The position numbers and the translations under genes are program-made. A DNA stretch of 64,000 bases from an uncultured delta proteobacterium (lineage in GTDB: Bacteria > Desulfobacterota > RBG-13-43-22), in NCBI GenBank assembly GCA_963790475.1, contig CAWBOS010000010.1, positions 800,001 to 864,000 of the forward strand, read 5' to 3'. The notes beneath the pieces were generated by a model. The model saw only the letters and a program-made list of their open reading frames with translations. It was not told where the DNA came from and searched no databases. Below are positions 37,952 through 48,639 of the stretch, one piece after another. Within the stretch, counting starts at the first letter, position 1, and every line of letters begins with the position of its first letter.

Positions 37952-38076
37952 AATAAAAGAGACGGTTCTCTTTAAGACGAAAGAATAAATAATCAGAACC
38001 GTCCTCTTTTATTTAGGGGACACTTTCCTATTTAATTTTCTTAAGTTGAAAAAATGAGTATGATGTCACCAGATTG
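37952..38076. repeat. REP-like inverted repeats immediately upstream of CBASS
   Basis: AATAAAAGAGACGGTTCT / AGAACCGTCCTCTTTTATT, followed by GGGGACAC ... GATGTCACC. Confidence 0.5.
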
Positions 38077-38148
38077 TTGTTATGAAGAAAGTTGCGATGA
38101 GACTTTGAATCATGACTAAAGTTGTAATAAAAGTTTATAGAGGATGCA

Positions 38149-39696
38149 ATGGCACAAAAACAAGTTGGGGCACGGACGGAGGGCGATGTTTACCAAGGAT
38201 TATTCTTCTGGCGAAATGCCGCATCCCTGCTGATACCAGAATCACTTGTTATTAGAGTTGACATAGAGCATGACAAAGCTGATGGGGTTGATGATGTTGC
38301 AGTCTTCTATGATAGGCCGGGTATAAATGCTGGTGGGTGGCAATGCATGGCTGACTACTATCAACTAAAGTACCATGTTGACAAAAGGGATTCCTATAGT
38401 TCGGTTTCAATTATTGATCCTTCATTTATTAACGCAAAATCCTCATTACTACAGAGATTTCATAAAGCATACAGTAAGTTAAGTATTCTAGCAAATTCTT
38501 TCAGATTAAACTTGGTATCAAATTGGAGATGGCAAGACGATGATTACTTAGCTAAAATGCTCAGAGAATATGATGGTGCCTTACCCCAATCATTTTTTTC
38601 AAAGGAGCTAAAAAGTAAGTTGGGTGAAGTTCGAGAACAATGGCGCGAGCATCTTGAAATGGAGTCAAGCGATTTTGAAGTCTTTGCTAAAACATTGCGG
38701 TTCCAACTTGATCTTTTTGGCCGCCAATACTTCAAAGAATGGGTTAATGACCGATTAGCTCGTGTTGGTTTACGCACCCCATCTGCGGATCATGCTGCTA
38801 GTCCATATGAAAGTCTGGTTCAAAAGTTCTTAATGGATGGTCCAAATTCTTTCGATAGAGAAACCTTCAGCAAAATGTGCCATCGCGAAGGGCTTTTTGA
38901 TCCTAATGTTGTTACTACCCAAAATGATCATGATCCAGTAATCGGCATCAGGAGTTTCATTAGATTTGCAGAAAATATTGAAAACGAAGTAGATAGTTTC
39001 ATTTGTGTAAGTGATCTTTTCGAGGGACGACATCCAATTGATGATGAATCATGGAGAGTTGCTGCTTCAAGGATATTGTTGTTTCTATCTGACACTGCAT
39101 CGAAAAAAGCCTTACGATCAGAGGAGCATCGGCTATTACTCGAATGCCACGGATCACTAGCCCTTTTGGCTGGATACGAATTGAGCAGAAACTCAGGCAG
39201 TCGTGTATACCCCGTTCAAAAACCTAGAATGGAACTATGGAAACCAAGCTCCCAAATATCATTTACAACCCCATCAATACGTATTACTGAAAAAAGCTAT
39301 AAAGATGGTGGTGCTATCGCAATTTCACTTTCGCTTACACACGATATTATGAGGGACGTGGAAAACTATTTTCTTGAAGCCAAGATAAATATTGGCAAGC
39401 TTATTAACATTCAACCAATAGACGGTTCTAGCAGCGGGAGCATCAAAGGTGCCGATCAAGCTGTGCACATAGCAAACGATGTGGTAAGACTATTGCGAGA
39501 ATCAAGGTCCAAGGCATCAGATGTAATTCACGTATTCAGCAGTACTCCAAATTCTTTCATGTTTTTCCTTGGTCAGTATCGGCAGGCACTTGGACGTTTA
39601 CAGCTTTATGAATACGATTTCGGGTTTGAAAGAAACTGCTCCTATTCGCCAAGCATCCTGATACCCGACGATGTCAACCCAAACCATGGAGGGTAA
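38149..39696 (+). CDS. cap4: CBASS effector: Cap4-like endonuclease fused to a SAVED domain
   Basis: N-terminal G..YQ, DDV and QLK restriction-like motif; C-terminal SAVED-like (AISLSLTHDI..DV, IHVF.S.P...MF.LGQ, LYEY). Confidence 0.82.
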   Translation: MAQKQVGARTEGDVYQGLFFWRNAASLLIPESLVIRVDIEHDKADGVDDVAVFYDRPGINAGGWQCMADYYQLKYHVDKRDSYSSVSIIDPSFINAKSSLLQRFHKAYSKLSILANSFRLNLVSNWRWQDDDYLAKMLREYDGALPQSFFSKELKSKLGEVREQWREHLEMESSDFEVFAKTLRFQLDLFGRQYFKEWVNDRLARVGLRTPSADHAASPYESLVQKFLMDGPNSFDRETFSKMCHREGLFDPNVVTTQNDHDPVIGIRSFIRFAENIENEVDSFICVSDLFEGRHPIDDESWRVAASRILLFLSDTASKKALRSEEHRLLLECHGSLALLAGYELSRNSGSRVYPVQKPRMELWKPSSQISFTTPSIRITEKSYKDGGAIAISLSLTHDIMRDVENYFLEAKINIGKLINIQPIDGSSSGSIKGADQAVHIANDVVRLLRESRSKASDVIHVFSSTPNSFMFFLGQYRQALGRLQLYEYDFGFERNCSYSPSILIPDDVNPNHGG

Positions 39697-39699
39697 TAT

Positions 39700-40851
39700 A
39701 TGGAACTTCAAGCTGATTTCACGACTTTCCTCAGCGCGATTAGGCCAACTGAAAATCAGAGATCTGAATTACAAACAGGTCACACCACATTGAGATCAAG
39801 ACTAAAAAGTTATCAAGACCTTTCAAAGATTTTCGTAAGTGATTTTCTACAGGGAAGCTACCGCAGAGTAACCGCCATTCGGCCGAAAGGTGATAAGCGG
39901 TCTGACGTAGACATCATTGTAGTTACGAAATTGCATGAGGACGAATATACACCTGAAGCCGCAATGGACCTCTTTGCTCCTTTTCTTGATGAATACTATA
40001 AAGGCAAGTGGCAAAAACAAGGACGATCACTTGGAATTTCATTGTCATACGTAGATTTGGACCTTGTAATTACATCGGCCCCTTCTGAAGGTGAAATTGG
40101 TGTATTACAATCAGAATCTGTCACTTCAGAAGATGATATTGCCAAAGCTCAAGACTGGCGCTTGCACACCTCCTGGCTTTCATCGAATAGTAGGTTTTTG
40201 ACTGAGAACGCAGCACAACTAATAGAGAAGGCTAAATCGGAAAGTGAATGGAAGCTAACCCCCCTTCGTATTCCAAATCGTGATGCGGGATGTTGGGAAG
40301 ATACACATCCACTTATGCAAATCCAATGGACCAGGGATAAAAATGCATCCACAAACTATCACTTTGTTAATGTAGTCAAAGCGTTAAAATGGTGGAAGCT
40401 TGAAAATTACGATGAGGCCAAGCATCCGAAGGGTTTTACCCTGGAACGGATTATTGGCGACTGCTGTCCGGACGATATATCTTCTGTCTCCGAAGGCATA
40501 GTCCGGACCCTGGAAGGAATAGTGTCAAAATATCAGGTTCTTTCGATGACAAACTCCAAGCCAGTTCTTCCTGATTATGGAGTGCCAGGCCATGATGTTC
40601 TTAGTCGTCTTAGCGTCGAAGATTTTGCCACCTTCTACGATCAGGCCAAGGAAGGCGCCATAATCGCCAGACAGGCTTATGATTCATTGGATCGGACAGA
40701 AAGCGGCAATTTGTGGCGTAAACTGTTGGGCACTAAATTTCCTCCACCACCAGATAATGGGGGAAAAGCAAAGGCTGGCTATACCACGCCGGTCGCTGCC
40801 GCTGCGCCAGGAGGAGGTAGGTTCGCTTCAACAGGAGCGTGTCTTGACTGA
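39700..40851 (+). CDS. CBASS cGAS/DncV-like nucleotidyltransferase (CD-NTase)
   Basis: FLQGSYRR.T.IRP, SDVDII, VDLDLV, VKALKWW, W.KLLG.KFP, C-terminal PGGGRFA. Confidence 0.92.
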   Translation: MELQADFTTFLSAIRPTENQRSELQTGHTTLRSRLKSYQDLSKIFVSDFLQGSYRRVTAIRPKGDKRSDVDIIVVTKLHEDEYTPEAAMDLFAPFLDEYYKGKWQKQGRSLGISLSYVDLDLVITSAPSEGEIGVLQSESVTSEDDIAKAQDWRLHTSWLSSNSRFLTENAAQLIEKAKSESEWKLTPLRIPNRDAGCWEDTHPLMQIQWTRDKNASTNYHFVNVVKALKWWKLENYDEAKHPKGFTLERIIGDCCPDDISSVSEGIVRTLEGIVSKYQVLSMTNSKPVLPDYGVPGHDVLSRLSVEDFATFYDQAKEGAIIARQAYDSLDRTESGNLWRKLLGTKFPPPPDNGGKAKAGYTTPVAAAAPGGGRFASTGACLD

Positions 40852-42697
40852 AGAAATACCGCCAAAGGCTATACATGTTGGTGTGCTCAATGCTCAAGCC
40901 ATTCCGGGTGCGGAATTTTTCGGGAAACCATTCTTTGAAAAATTCAAAGAGGTTTCTTTTTGGGCTTTTGCGCTTCGGCTCCACATAGGATCACACTCAG
41001 AATTTATTCCCCAGGCATCCGAATGGTACGCCCTTTTGGAGGATACCTACCCATTTGGAGACATAAGAATTTATCCATCTAAAACAAATGGGATTTCGGT
41101 CACATTTCCACACCAAGACCTCAATTCCTTTGGTAATGAGAAGCTTCCCTGGAGAGAAGGTAAACTTTGTCTCGATACCCCTGTTCAGAGACTTGGTAGA
41201 ATCGCAGGTGGAAAAGACCCGATTGGCGATTATGAGGAAAGGCTTCGATGGTATTTGACACGAGCACTTGCCTGGTTAGATTGTGCCGCCACTAATTCTT
41301 TAATGCAGGATGGTGATCCTTTTGAAATACCATATTATAGGGACTCGTCTCACCAACAGATAATTCATGACGAATCATTAGAAACCTTTCCCTTCTGGAA
41401 GCCCTACGCCGCTAGCTCCGTGGGTGTGGTGGTTTTTAATACGGTATCCAAGACGGATAACCGGGAATCGGTTGTCTGCTTTGAGACCATGAATGGAGCG
41501 CTGATCAGAAAGACTCGCTTCTTTTCTGAGGAAGCACATGGCCCGAAAAACCGCCGTCGGCATACTGGATTTTGGTGGTTATGGGGTGGACCTATTGTTC
41601 TTCTACCATGGAAGGCTCCAACAAACTGGGGAGAACTAAGGGCAGCTGGGAATCATCAAGGTATAAACGTTGACGAGATTCTAAAGGGCATTGCTCCTCT
41701 TGTTCGAGGAAAAGGGGCTACCACTCTTTTGGTCGGATACCCTATACCGCTCCTGTGCGGGGGGGAACCACTTGAGATTTATTGGCACGCCATCATGCTT
41801 CCACCCCTAATGTCTGCAAAGAAGCCACCAAAAGGTTTCAGGCCAACAGAAGGCAACTTTTGGGAAAGGGATCGTCTGCAAGCTTTTTTGGATCAAAAAG
41901 AGTTAGTATATCTGAAAACCGAAAATTGGCATCCGAGTAGAATGCAAGCGAGGGGGCGTTTCAGTCCTCAAATGTGTCAGTCGAAAGTCGGACTCATTGG
42001 ATGTGGCGCGTTAGGGTCCATAGTTGGTGAGCTTTTAGTCCGAGAAGGCATAAAAGATATAATACTCGTAGACAATAAACCGCTCGGCGCCCACAACCTT
42101 GTACGCCATACTCTTTACGGTGATGATATTGGAAAAAATAAAGCGAGTGCCTTGACTGACCGTCTTTCATCCGCTTACCCCTTTTCAAAAATTGTAGCTG
42201 TAAATAAATCCTTACCAATGGATGTTGATGAGCTTGAAGTTCTTCTCATGGATCGAAAAATAGTGATAGATTGTACCGGCAGCGATGCTGTCATTCAGGT
42301 TTTATCGAATGCTTGGTGGGAGATGCCTAGACTATTTGTATCAGCATCGGTTGGCTATAAAGCACTTCGCACTTTTATTTTTACATCTATATGCAATCAA
42401 TTTCCATCAGACCAATTTTTAACTTTATTAGAACCCTTTCTAAATGAAGAACGTAAGCTATGGGTAGAAGACGGTGAAACCTTAGAAGGCCCTGGTTGTT
42501 GGTCGCCTCTGTTTCCTGCGCGTTTCGATGACTTACTGCTTTCTGCAACTGCATGCATCAAAATAGTTGAGGAGTGTTTAATCAATTTCAATCCGGATAC
42601 CCAACTCATTGTTTTTGAGCAAACTTTTTCCGATGGGATATTTACTGGATTCAGTAGGAAGAATCACTCGCTCGAATCTGCGAAGGAGGACGAGTGA
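40844..42697 (+). CDS. cap2: CBASS Cap2 E2-E1 (ThiF) fusion
   Basis: E2-like YP...IRIYP..TFPHQ...GKLCL; E1 GCGALGS, NLVRH, IDCTG, GPGCW.P.FPA. TTG start at 40844 after AGGAG. Confidence 0.9.
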   Translation: MTEEIPPKAIHVGVLNAQAIPGAEFFGKPFFEKFKEVSFWAFALRLHIGSHSEFIPQASEWYALLEDTYPFGDIRIYPSKTNGISVTFPHQDLNSFGNEKLPWREGKLCLDTPVQRLGRIAGGKDPIGDYEERLRWYLTRALAWLDCAATNSLMQDGDPFEIPYYRDSSHQQIIHDESLETFPFWKPYAASSVGVVVFNTVSKTDNRESVVCFETMNGALIRKTRFFSEEAHGPKNRRRHTGFWWLWGGPIVLLPWKAPTNWGELRAAGNHQGINVDEILKGIAPLVRGKGATTLLVGYPIPLLCGGEPLEIYWHAIMLPPLMSAKKPPKGFRPTEGNFWERDRLQAFLDQKELVYLKTENWHPSRMQARGRFSPQMCQSKVGLIGCGALGSIVGELLVREGIKDIILVDNKPLGAHNLVRHTLYGDDIGKNKASALTDRLSSAYPFSKIVAVNKSLPMDVDELEVLLMDRKIVIDCTGSDAVIQVLSNAWWEMPRLFVSASVGYKALRTFIFTSICNQFPSDQFLTLLEPFLNEERKLWVEDGETLEGPGCWSPLFPARFDDLLLSATACIKIVEECLINFNPDTQLIVFEQTFSDGIFTGFSRKNHSLESAKEDE

Positions 42698-43200
42698 TGC
42701 ATCTTGAATGGCGGACTGATTGTGGAAATTACGGGATGATAATCGAAAAGAGTTCTTGGGAAACTATTAAAATTGAGCGCGCTAAATCCATCAACCAAGA
42801 AACTGGTGGGATACTCATCGGCTACTATTCTGATAACAACCAAACCGCCATCGTTTGCGAAGCTACCCCACCCCCAAATGATTCTCAGAAGGGGAGTAAT
42901 TGGTTTTGGAGAGGCGTAACCGGCTTGCGATCACTCCTTCTTGACCGATGGAATCAGAATCAACGGACATATTATATTGGAGAATGGCATTACCATCCGA
43001 CCCAAATAATCGAGCCCAGCATAACCGATTTGAAGCAGATGATCGACATTAGCAAATCGAAGCCCTACCATTGCAGCGAGCCGATTCTTATCATTATTGG
43101 ATGTAGTATAAAAGTCGAAACGCCCGCCCGGGCCTTTGTCTTTCCTAACATCGCAAGGGGGGGCGGACCACGCCAATGGCTTGAATTTACAATGGTTTAA
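42694..43200 (+). CDS. cap3: CBASS Cap3 JAB/MPN metallo-isopeptidase
   Basis: ETGGILIGYY, YIGEWHYHP...PS.TD (JAMM motif); GTGA overlap with cap2. Confidence 0.92.
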   Translation: MMHLEWRTDCGNYGMIIEKSSWETIKIERAKSINQETGGILIGYYSDNNQTAIVCEATPPPNDSQKGSNWFWRGVTGLRSLLLDRWNQNQRTYYIGEWHYHPTQIIEPSITDLKQMIDISKSKPYHCSEPILIIIGCSIKVETPARAFVFPNIARGGGPRQWLEFTMV

Positions 43201-43309
43201 AATGGGGTCTGATTACAGGAGTCGGAGCAGACGAAGGGATTGAATCCCTAATGAATTATATTCTAAAGCGGGGTCGGTCCACATTGGTTGATAGCCGAAA
43301 GGAACCAAA

Positions 43310-43714
43310 ATGCAAAGCGATAAATCGACAGCATCGGTCGAACAGCAAATCATCCAACTCGAAATGCAGGCGCTGCAGCGCTGGTGCAATGGGGATCCGT
43401 CCGGCTTCCTTGAGATATCCGCACCCGATGTTGTGTACTTCGATCCATTCCTGGAACGAAGGATTAACGGGATCGGAGCGCTGACCGAATATTACGAGAA
43501 CCTCCGGGGCAAGATCCGCGCCGATCATTTTGAATTGTTGAATCCGCTGGTGCAACGAGTTGGTTCTGCGGCGGTTCTCACCTTCAATTTTCTTTCGAGG
43601 GGACGGGACGGGGACGAGAACCGTTGGAACTGCACAGAAGTTTATCGCCAGAACGGGTCTCGCTGGGAAATCATTCAAACGCACTGGTCGTTCACTAAAG
43701 TCGCGACAGACTAA
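43310..43714 (+). CDS. SnoaL/NTF2-like (DUF4440-type) protein
   Basis: ALQRW..GDP.GFL, DVVYFDP, WNCTEVY, W.IIQTHWS. Confidence 0.8.
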   Translation: MQSDKSTASVEQQIIQLEMQALQRWCNGDPSGFLEISAPDVVYFDPFLERRINGIGALTEYYENLRGKIRADHFELLNPLVQRVGSAAVLTFNFLSRGRDGDENRWNCTEVYRQNGSRWEIIQTHWSFTKVATD

Positions 43715-43854
43715 GTTTAACAGCTTTAACTTTAACAGAGGTCTTCCTATTAAAAATGGGCCTCTTAGGGGACCTTTTATAGCGGGAGTAGATATTTGAA
43801 AAAAATCCGATATGAATTAGGGATCAATATTTTTAAACGAAAAGGAGAATTATC

Positions 43855-45285
43855 ATGGCTTTTCAGGAATACTCTTCTTATGATGGTCTCGGTTTGGGTG
43901 AACTCGTCCGGAAGGGTGAGGTAACCGCATCCGAGCTTCTGGAGGAGGCGATAGCCCGTGTGGAGCGCCACAACGGCAAGATCAATAGCATCATCTACAA
44001 ATTCTACGACCAGGCCCGCGAGGCTGCACGGAGGAAACCGGGTCACGGCCCTTTCGAGGGCGTCCCCTTCCTCCTCAAAGACATATTAGGCGATTGCGAG
44101 GGGGTGCCGACGCGCTTTGGGAGTTGTTACTTCCCTTCCTTTCCTTCACCAATCGACTCCGAACTGGTAGCCAGGTACAAGCGTGCCGGGCTGATCCCCT
44201 TCGCCAAGACCAACGCCCCGGAGTTCGGCCTCCCTCCCATGACCGAGCCCCAACTTTACGGGCCAGCCCGAAATCCCTGGAACACTGATTACACCCCGGG
44301 AGGTTCGAGCGGAGGGTCGGCTGCGGCTGTAGCTGCCGGGATCGTTCCACTCGCCCATGGCAACGACGGAGGGGGCTCGATCCGAATCCCGGCCGCCTGC
44401 TGCGGTCTGGTCGGTCTCAAACCGACGCGCGGTCGAAATTCGCTTGCCCCGAATCTCGGAGAGATGGCGGGCGGATTGGCCTGCGAGCACGTCTTAAGCC
44501 GAAGTGTGCGGGACAGCGCTGCGGCGCTCGACGCCACCGAGGGACATGTGGCCGGCGACCCATATTCTGCCCCGCCCAAAAAGGCTCCCTACATCCAAGA
44601 GGTCAGGACCGATCCCGGGCGTCTGAAGATCGCCTTCTGGGAAGGCGGGACCCAGGGCGAGTCTCTTCACGAGGAGGCTGTTAAAGCTGTTCGTGGGGCG
44701 GCCAGGCTTTGTTCCGAGCTCGGCCACGAAGTGGAGGAAACCGGACCGACGATCAACGATGATGGAGCGGCCTCCGCATTCATCACGATCTACGCCGCCG
44801 GTCTCGCCTCAACCGTTGAGGTCTTGAAACAGATCACCGGCGTGCCGCCAACCTTGGAAAATCTGGAGAGCCTGACGTTAAATTTTTACGAGATGGGAAG
44901 AAAGATTACCGCCACCCAGTACCTGATGGCGGTTGCCTTACTGCAACGTCTATCCAGGCAGTTTGCCGCCTTCTTCGAGAGGTACGACATATTGATTACC
45001 CCGACCCTTGGATGCCCGCCTTTAAAGGTAGGGACCATCGATTTTCAAAGTCCGTCAGCTTCCATGGAGGACCAGAGGATCGCGGTTTTCGCCCACACCA
45101 ACCCACTTTATAACATCTCCGGCCAGCCCGCCATATCGCTCCCTCTCCACTGGACCGCCGAAGGACTGCCGCTCGGGGTACTCTTCGGCGGAAAGTATGG
45201 GGACGAGGCAACTCTTTTCAGGCTTGCCGGACAGATTGAACAGGCCCGGCCGTGGAGGGACCGGCATCCTTCAGTCTGGGAATAG
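43855..45285 (+). CDS. Amidase-signature family enzyme (6-aminohexanoate-cyclic-dimer hydrolase-like)
   Basis: [43 protein letters not shown]. Confidence 0.93.
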   Translation: MAFQEYSSYDGLGLGELVRKGEVTASELLEEAIARVERHNGKINSIIYKFYDQAREAARRKPGHGPFEGVPFLLKDILGDCEGVPTRFGSCYFPSFPSPIDSELVARYKRAGLIPFAKTNAPEFGLPPMTEPQLYGPARNPWNTDYTPGGSSGGSAAAVAAGIVPLAHGNDGGGSIRIPAACCGLVGLKPTRGRNSLAPNLGEMAGGLACEHVLSRSVRDSAAALDATEGHVAGDPYSAPPKKAPYIQEVRTDPGRLKIAFWEGGTQGESLHEEAVKAVRGAARLCSELGHEVEETGPTINDDGAASAFITIYAAGLASTVEVLKQITGVPPTLENLESLTLNFYEMGRKITATQYLMAVALLQRLSRQFAAFFERYDILITPTLGCPPLKVGTIDFQSPSASMEDQRIAVFAHTNPLYNISGQPAISLPLHWTAEGLPLGVLFGGKYGDEATLFRLAGQIEQARPWRDRHPSVWE

Positions 45286-45353
45286 AGAAAGGCGGGGCGG
45301 ATTTTTGCGCATTCTGTTAAGGACCTAATAAGAAAAGAAGGAGGGATTGAACA

Positions 45354-46238
45354 ATGCCAAATATTAAAGCCAATGGGATCCGGATTGAGTACGATACCTT
45401 TGGTGACCGTATTTCTCCACCTCTCTTGCTCATCAGGGGATTAGGGACCCAGATGACTGACTGGGAAGAGGACTTTTGCAACCTGCTGGCGGATAAAGGT
45501 CTTTTTGTTATCCGGTTCGACAACCGGGATGTCGGCCTTTCCCAAAAATTTGAAGAATACGGGGTTCCCGATATTATGGCGGCATTAACTGCATCTATGC
45601 AAGGGAAAGAGATTCAAGCCCCGTACAGCCTCGATGATATGGCTGATGATGCCATCGGCTTACTCGATGCCTTGGAAATTAAAAAGGCCCATATCTTTGG
45701 AATTTCAATGGGCTCGGCCATAACTCAAATAATAGGCTATAGGCACCCTTCAAGGGTTCTGAGCCTGATTCCAGTAATGGGTTCCACTGGTAATCCCGAT
45801 CTTCCTCCTGCCAAGCCAGAGGCCTGGGAAGTACTTCTTTCCCCTGCGCCAAAGCAACGGGATGCCTATATTGAACATTACCGAAGAGGGCAAAAGGTAA
45901 TTTGGGGCAATTTACCCTATGATGAAGATGATATAAATAAGAGAGCCGAAGTTTCTTACGAAAGGTCAAATTATCCCCAGGGGGTAGCACGTCAGCTTGT
46001 GGCTACTATCGCCAACGGAAATCGAAAGCCCCGTCTTGCTTCCATAACTGCTCCCACACTGGTAATCCATGGCGCAGAAGATCCGCTTATCCCCTTTGCG
46101 GGGGGAATGGACACAGCCAAAGCCATTCCCGGAGCCGATCTATTGAAAATTGAAGGGATGGGTCACTGTCTTCCAAGAGCGGCCTGGCCCCAAATTGTGG
46201 GGGCCATCGCAACGCTGACGAACAGAGTATCAGTTTAG
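45354..46238 (+). CDS. Alpha/beta hydrolase
   Basis: RFDNRDVGLS, GISMG nucleophile, IHG.EDPL, GMGH. Confidence 0.92.
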   Translation: MPNIKANGIRIEYDTFGDRISPPLLLIRGLGTQMTDWEEDFCNLLADKGLFVIRFDNRDVGLSQKFEEYGVPDIMAALTASMQGKEIQAPYSLDDMADDAIGLLDALEIKKAHIFGISMGSAITQIIGYRHPSRVLSLIPVMGSTGNPDLPPAKPEAWEVLLSPAPKQRDAYIEHYRRGQKVIWGNLPYDEDDINKRAEVSYERSNYPQGVARQLVATIANGNRKPRLASITAPTLVIHGAEDPLIPFAGGMDTAKAIPGADLLKIEGMGHCLPRAAWPQIVGAIATLTNRVSV

Positions 46239-46362
46239 CAAGGGCTTAAAGCTTAAAGGCGCTTTTTAATGGGTCGGACCGATTTTTAAGCCTCAGGGGA
46301 CATAAGCGGGACGCTGTCACGCCCTTTAACGCATTAAAACTTTTTATTAAGGAGTGAAAAAA

Positions 46363-46878
46363 ATGGACATCAAAACTATTAAGCTGTTGGCCAGTTATAA
46401 TGAAACGACAAACAAAGAAATGAATAAATATATTTCTCAAATAAATGAGACTCAATGGAATAATAACTTTAAGGCCCGCTTCTCCAGCGTCTTCAAGATT
46501 TGTAACCACATTTATATCGGAGATTACAACTGGCTGAAACGTTTCAGTACCTTACGGGATTTCCAATACATAAAAGACGGCTTTTTTTCAAAAGAAATAA
46601 GCTTCACTATGGATGCCTTTAAAGACCCCAAAGAGTATATCGCTAAAAGAGAGTATTTAGACAAAATGATGCATAAATTTGTAGATGAATTAACGGAGAA
46701 TGACCTTGAGAAAAATTTGAGATATACGGATTCAAGGGGAACGGAGCATAATCGAAATTTCGGCGGACTGATCATACACATGTTTAATCATCAAACTCAT
46801 CATCGAGGCATGATATCCGTTTTCCTGGAAATGTTAGGAATAGATAACGATTATAGCAATCTATTCTATTTGGTTTAA
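46363..46878 (+). CDS. DinB family protein
   Basis: LASYN...N, NHI..GD..W, HMFNHQTHHRG; AT-rich. Confidence 0.9.
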   Translation: MDIKTIKLLASYNETTNKEMNKYISQINETQWNNNFKARFSSVFKICNHIYIGDYNWLKRFSTLRDFQYIKDGFFSKEISFTMDAFKDPKEYIAKREYLDKMMHKFVDELTENDLEKNLRYTDSRGTEHNRNFGGLIIHMFNHQTHHRGMISVFLEMLGIDNDYSNLFYLV

Positions 46879-46916
46879 GGAAAACCAGATCCCTCAAGTT
46901 AGAAGAAGAGAATTGT

Positions 46917-47245
46917 ATGAACATACCGTTTACCGTCGAGCAATTCTTCGATGTTTTCAGAACCTACAACATAGCCATATGGCCTTTTCAGATAGTGGCC
47001 TATTTTCTGGGTGTCACGGCGCTTGCGTTGTCCATTCACCAAAACAAATTGTCCGGCCAGGTCATTTCGGGAATTCTGGCATTATTGTGGATCTCGGAAT
47101 GAGCGCTGCCGTCAGTTTGAAAGTCCCGCAAGACTATGGTCTCATGCTTGCCGGGGTTCTTGGGACAATCTTGATAATAATTCAGAATCGCACGGGAAAA
47201 CAGCCCAACAAGCCAAATCAGTCGCTTTGCTCCACTCGCGGCTGA
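46917..47245 (+). pseudogene. Internally deleted membrane protein (DUF6064-like) cassette remnant
   Basis: N-terminus MNIPFTVEQFFDVF..YN.AIWP.Q ends at 47102; C-terminal SAAVSL.VPQDYGL lies in another frame. Confidence 0.65.
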
Positions 47246-47276
47246 TCACTACCTTGTCGAGGAGGCTGTGTTAGAC
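47203..47276 (+). other. Degenerate attC-like site
   Basis: R'' GCCCAAC, L boxes AATCAGTCGC / GCGGCTGATC, R' GTTAGAC; the L'-R' spacer is abnormally long. Confidence 0.65.
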
Positions 47277-47316
47277 GCAACTCGTCATAGATATTAATAG
47301 AGCGATGAGAATATAA

Positions 47317-48057
47317 ATGGAAATCGATTACAATGATATTTCTAAAACATATGATCACTATCGTTCTTATGCCTATTCTGAAGTAATGCAATTGATGAGG
47401 TTCGGAAGGATTGAGAAAGGAATGAAGATTCTTGATCTTGGGTGCGGAACGGGTAATTTGTCGGCCCAATTATTGGATTGTATCTCGTTGGAGACTATTG
47501 GCGTTGATAAGTCCTTGCCGATGCTGGAGAAAGCCAGCAAAAAAGGATTAAAGGTTTTATGCGCGGATGCTGATCTTAATCCATTGCCCTTCAAAGACGA
47601 ATCCCTTGATGTTGTGATCGGGGCTTATGTTATTCAACATATCAAGAACAGGGTGGATTTGATAAGAGAGTGTCATCGTATCCTAAACGAGGGCGCCCTT
47701 ATCCTGTTGACCTCCAGCCATGTTCAAATTGAAAATTTGCATCCGGTAATGAAAGAATTCTTTCCAAGTCTGATTGAAATGGATAAGAAGAGATTTCCGG
47801 AAATCTCAAAATTAGATTATTTTTTTGAAAGTGCCGGATTTAGGGACATCAGGCATGAAGAATTGGTAATCAGTAAAATTCCTATCGATATGGTTTATCT
47901 GGATAAAGTAAAAAACAAATTTGTTTCGACTTTTCATCTTTTGCCGGAAAATGAGTTTATGGCCGGTGTTGAAAAATTGGACAGGTTTATTAAAAAGAAT
48001 ACCGAACCCATATATAGAGAATGGCGGGGGACTATGATTTATGGAAAAAAATCATGA
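47317..48057 (+). CDS. Class I SAM-dependent methyltransferase
   Basis: ILDLGCGTG, GVDKS..ML, LPFKDESLD. Confidence 0.9.
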   Translation: MEIDYNDISKTYDHYRSYAYSEVMQLMRFGRIEKGMKILDLGCGTGNLSAQLLDCISLETIGVDKSLPMLEKASKKGLKVLCADADLNPLPFKDESLDVVIGAYVIQHIKNRVDLIRECHRILNEGALILLTSSHVQIENLHPVMKEFFPSLIEMDKKRFPEISKLDYFFESAGFRDIRHEELVISKIPIDMVYLDKVKNKFVSTFHLLPENEFMAGVEKLDRFIKKNTEPIYREWRGTMIYGKKS

Positions 48058-48112
48058 GGTTTTTCGTCGAGGAAGGCATAATATTTCTGTTGGCTGAGAT
48101 TTCGGGGGGTCT

Positions 48113-48472
48113 ATGGTCACCAAACTGAAGCGAGCGTATGAAGTACCCGAATCGGGTGATGGATTCCGTGTCCTTGTGGACCGGCTCTGGCCACGGGGCG
48201 TGTCCAAGGATTCGGCCCGGATCGATCTCTGGCTCAAGGAGATCGCTCCGAGCGCCGTACTCCGTAAGTGGTTTGGCCACGATCCATTGAAATGGACCGA
48301 GTTTCGCAAGCGCTATTTCCGGGAACTCGACAATAATCCCGGAGCGGTCGATCAGCTCAGAGATCATGCGCGGCGGGGCCTGGTGACACTGGTGTATGGT
48401 GCCAAGGACCGGGAACATAACGACGCCGTTGCCCTTAAGGAGTATCTTGAATCGCATCGGGCACATTCCTGA
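48113..48472 (+). CDS. DUF488 (YeaO-like) protein
   Basis: KRAY, DG.RVLVDRLWPRGV.K, W.KEIAPS..LRKWF.HDP, HN.AVAL. Confidence 0.92.
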   Translation: MVTKLKRAYEVPESGDGFRVLVDRLWPRGVSKDSARIDLWLKEIAPSAVLRKWFGHDPLKWTEFRKRYFRELDNNPGAVDQLRDHARRGLVTLVYGAKDREHNDAVALKEYLESHRAHS

Positions 48473-48535
48473 GATTGATCGTTTGGCCGCTCATTGGATG
48501 GGACTACCTGATAAGATCATGAAACAAATCACTGT

Positions 48536-48581
48536 CGCCAACCGCCCAAAAATCGAACTCGGGATGAACTCAATGTTGGCC
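48536..48581 (+). other. Degenerate attC-like remnant
   Basis: CGCCAAC ... TGAACTCAAT-GTTGGCC with complementary core ends. Confidence 0.4.
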
Positions 48582-48639
48582 GTGAACAGGTAGAATCAAA
48601 TGCCAATTACAGAAACCCCAAAAGTGTCCTATCGCCTGA

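Noticed and set aside
40679-40843. Long N-terminal extension of Cap2 in the ORF track
   Set aside because: It overlaps the CD-NTase coding region; the RBS-supported TTG at 40844 is more plausible.
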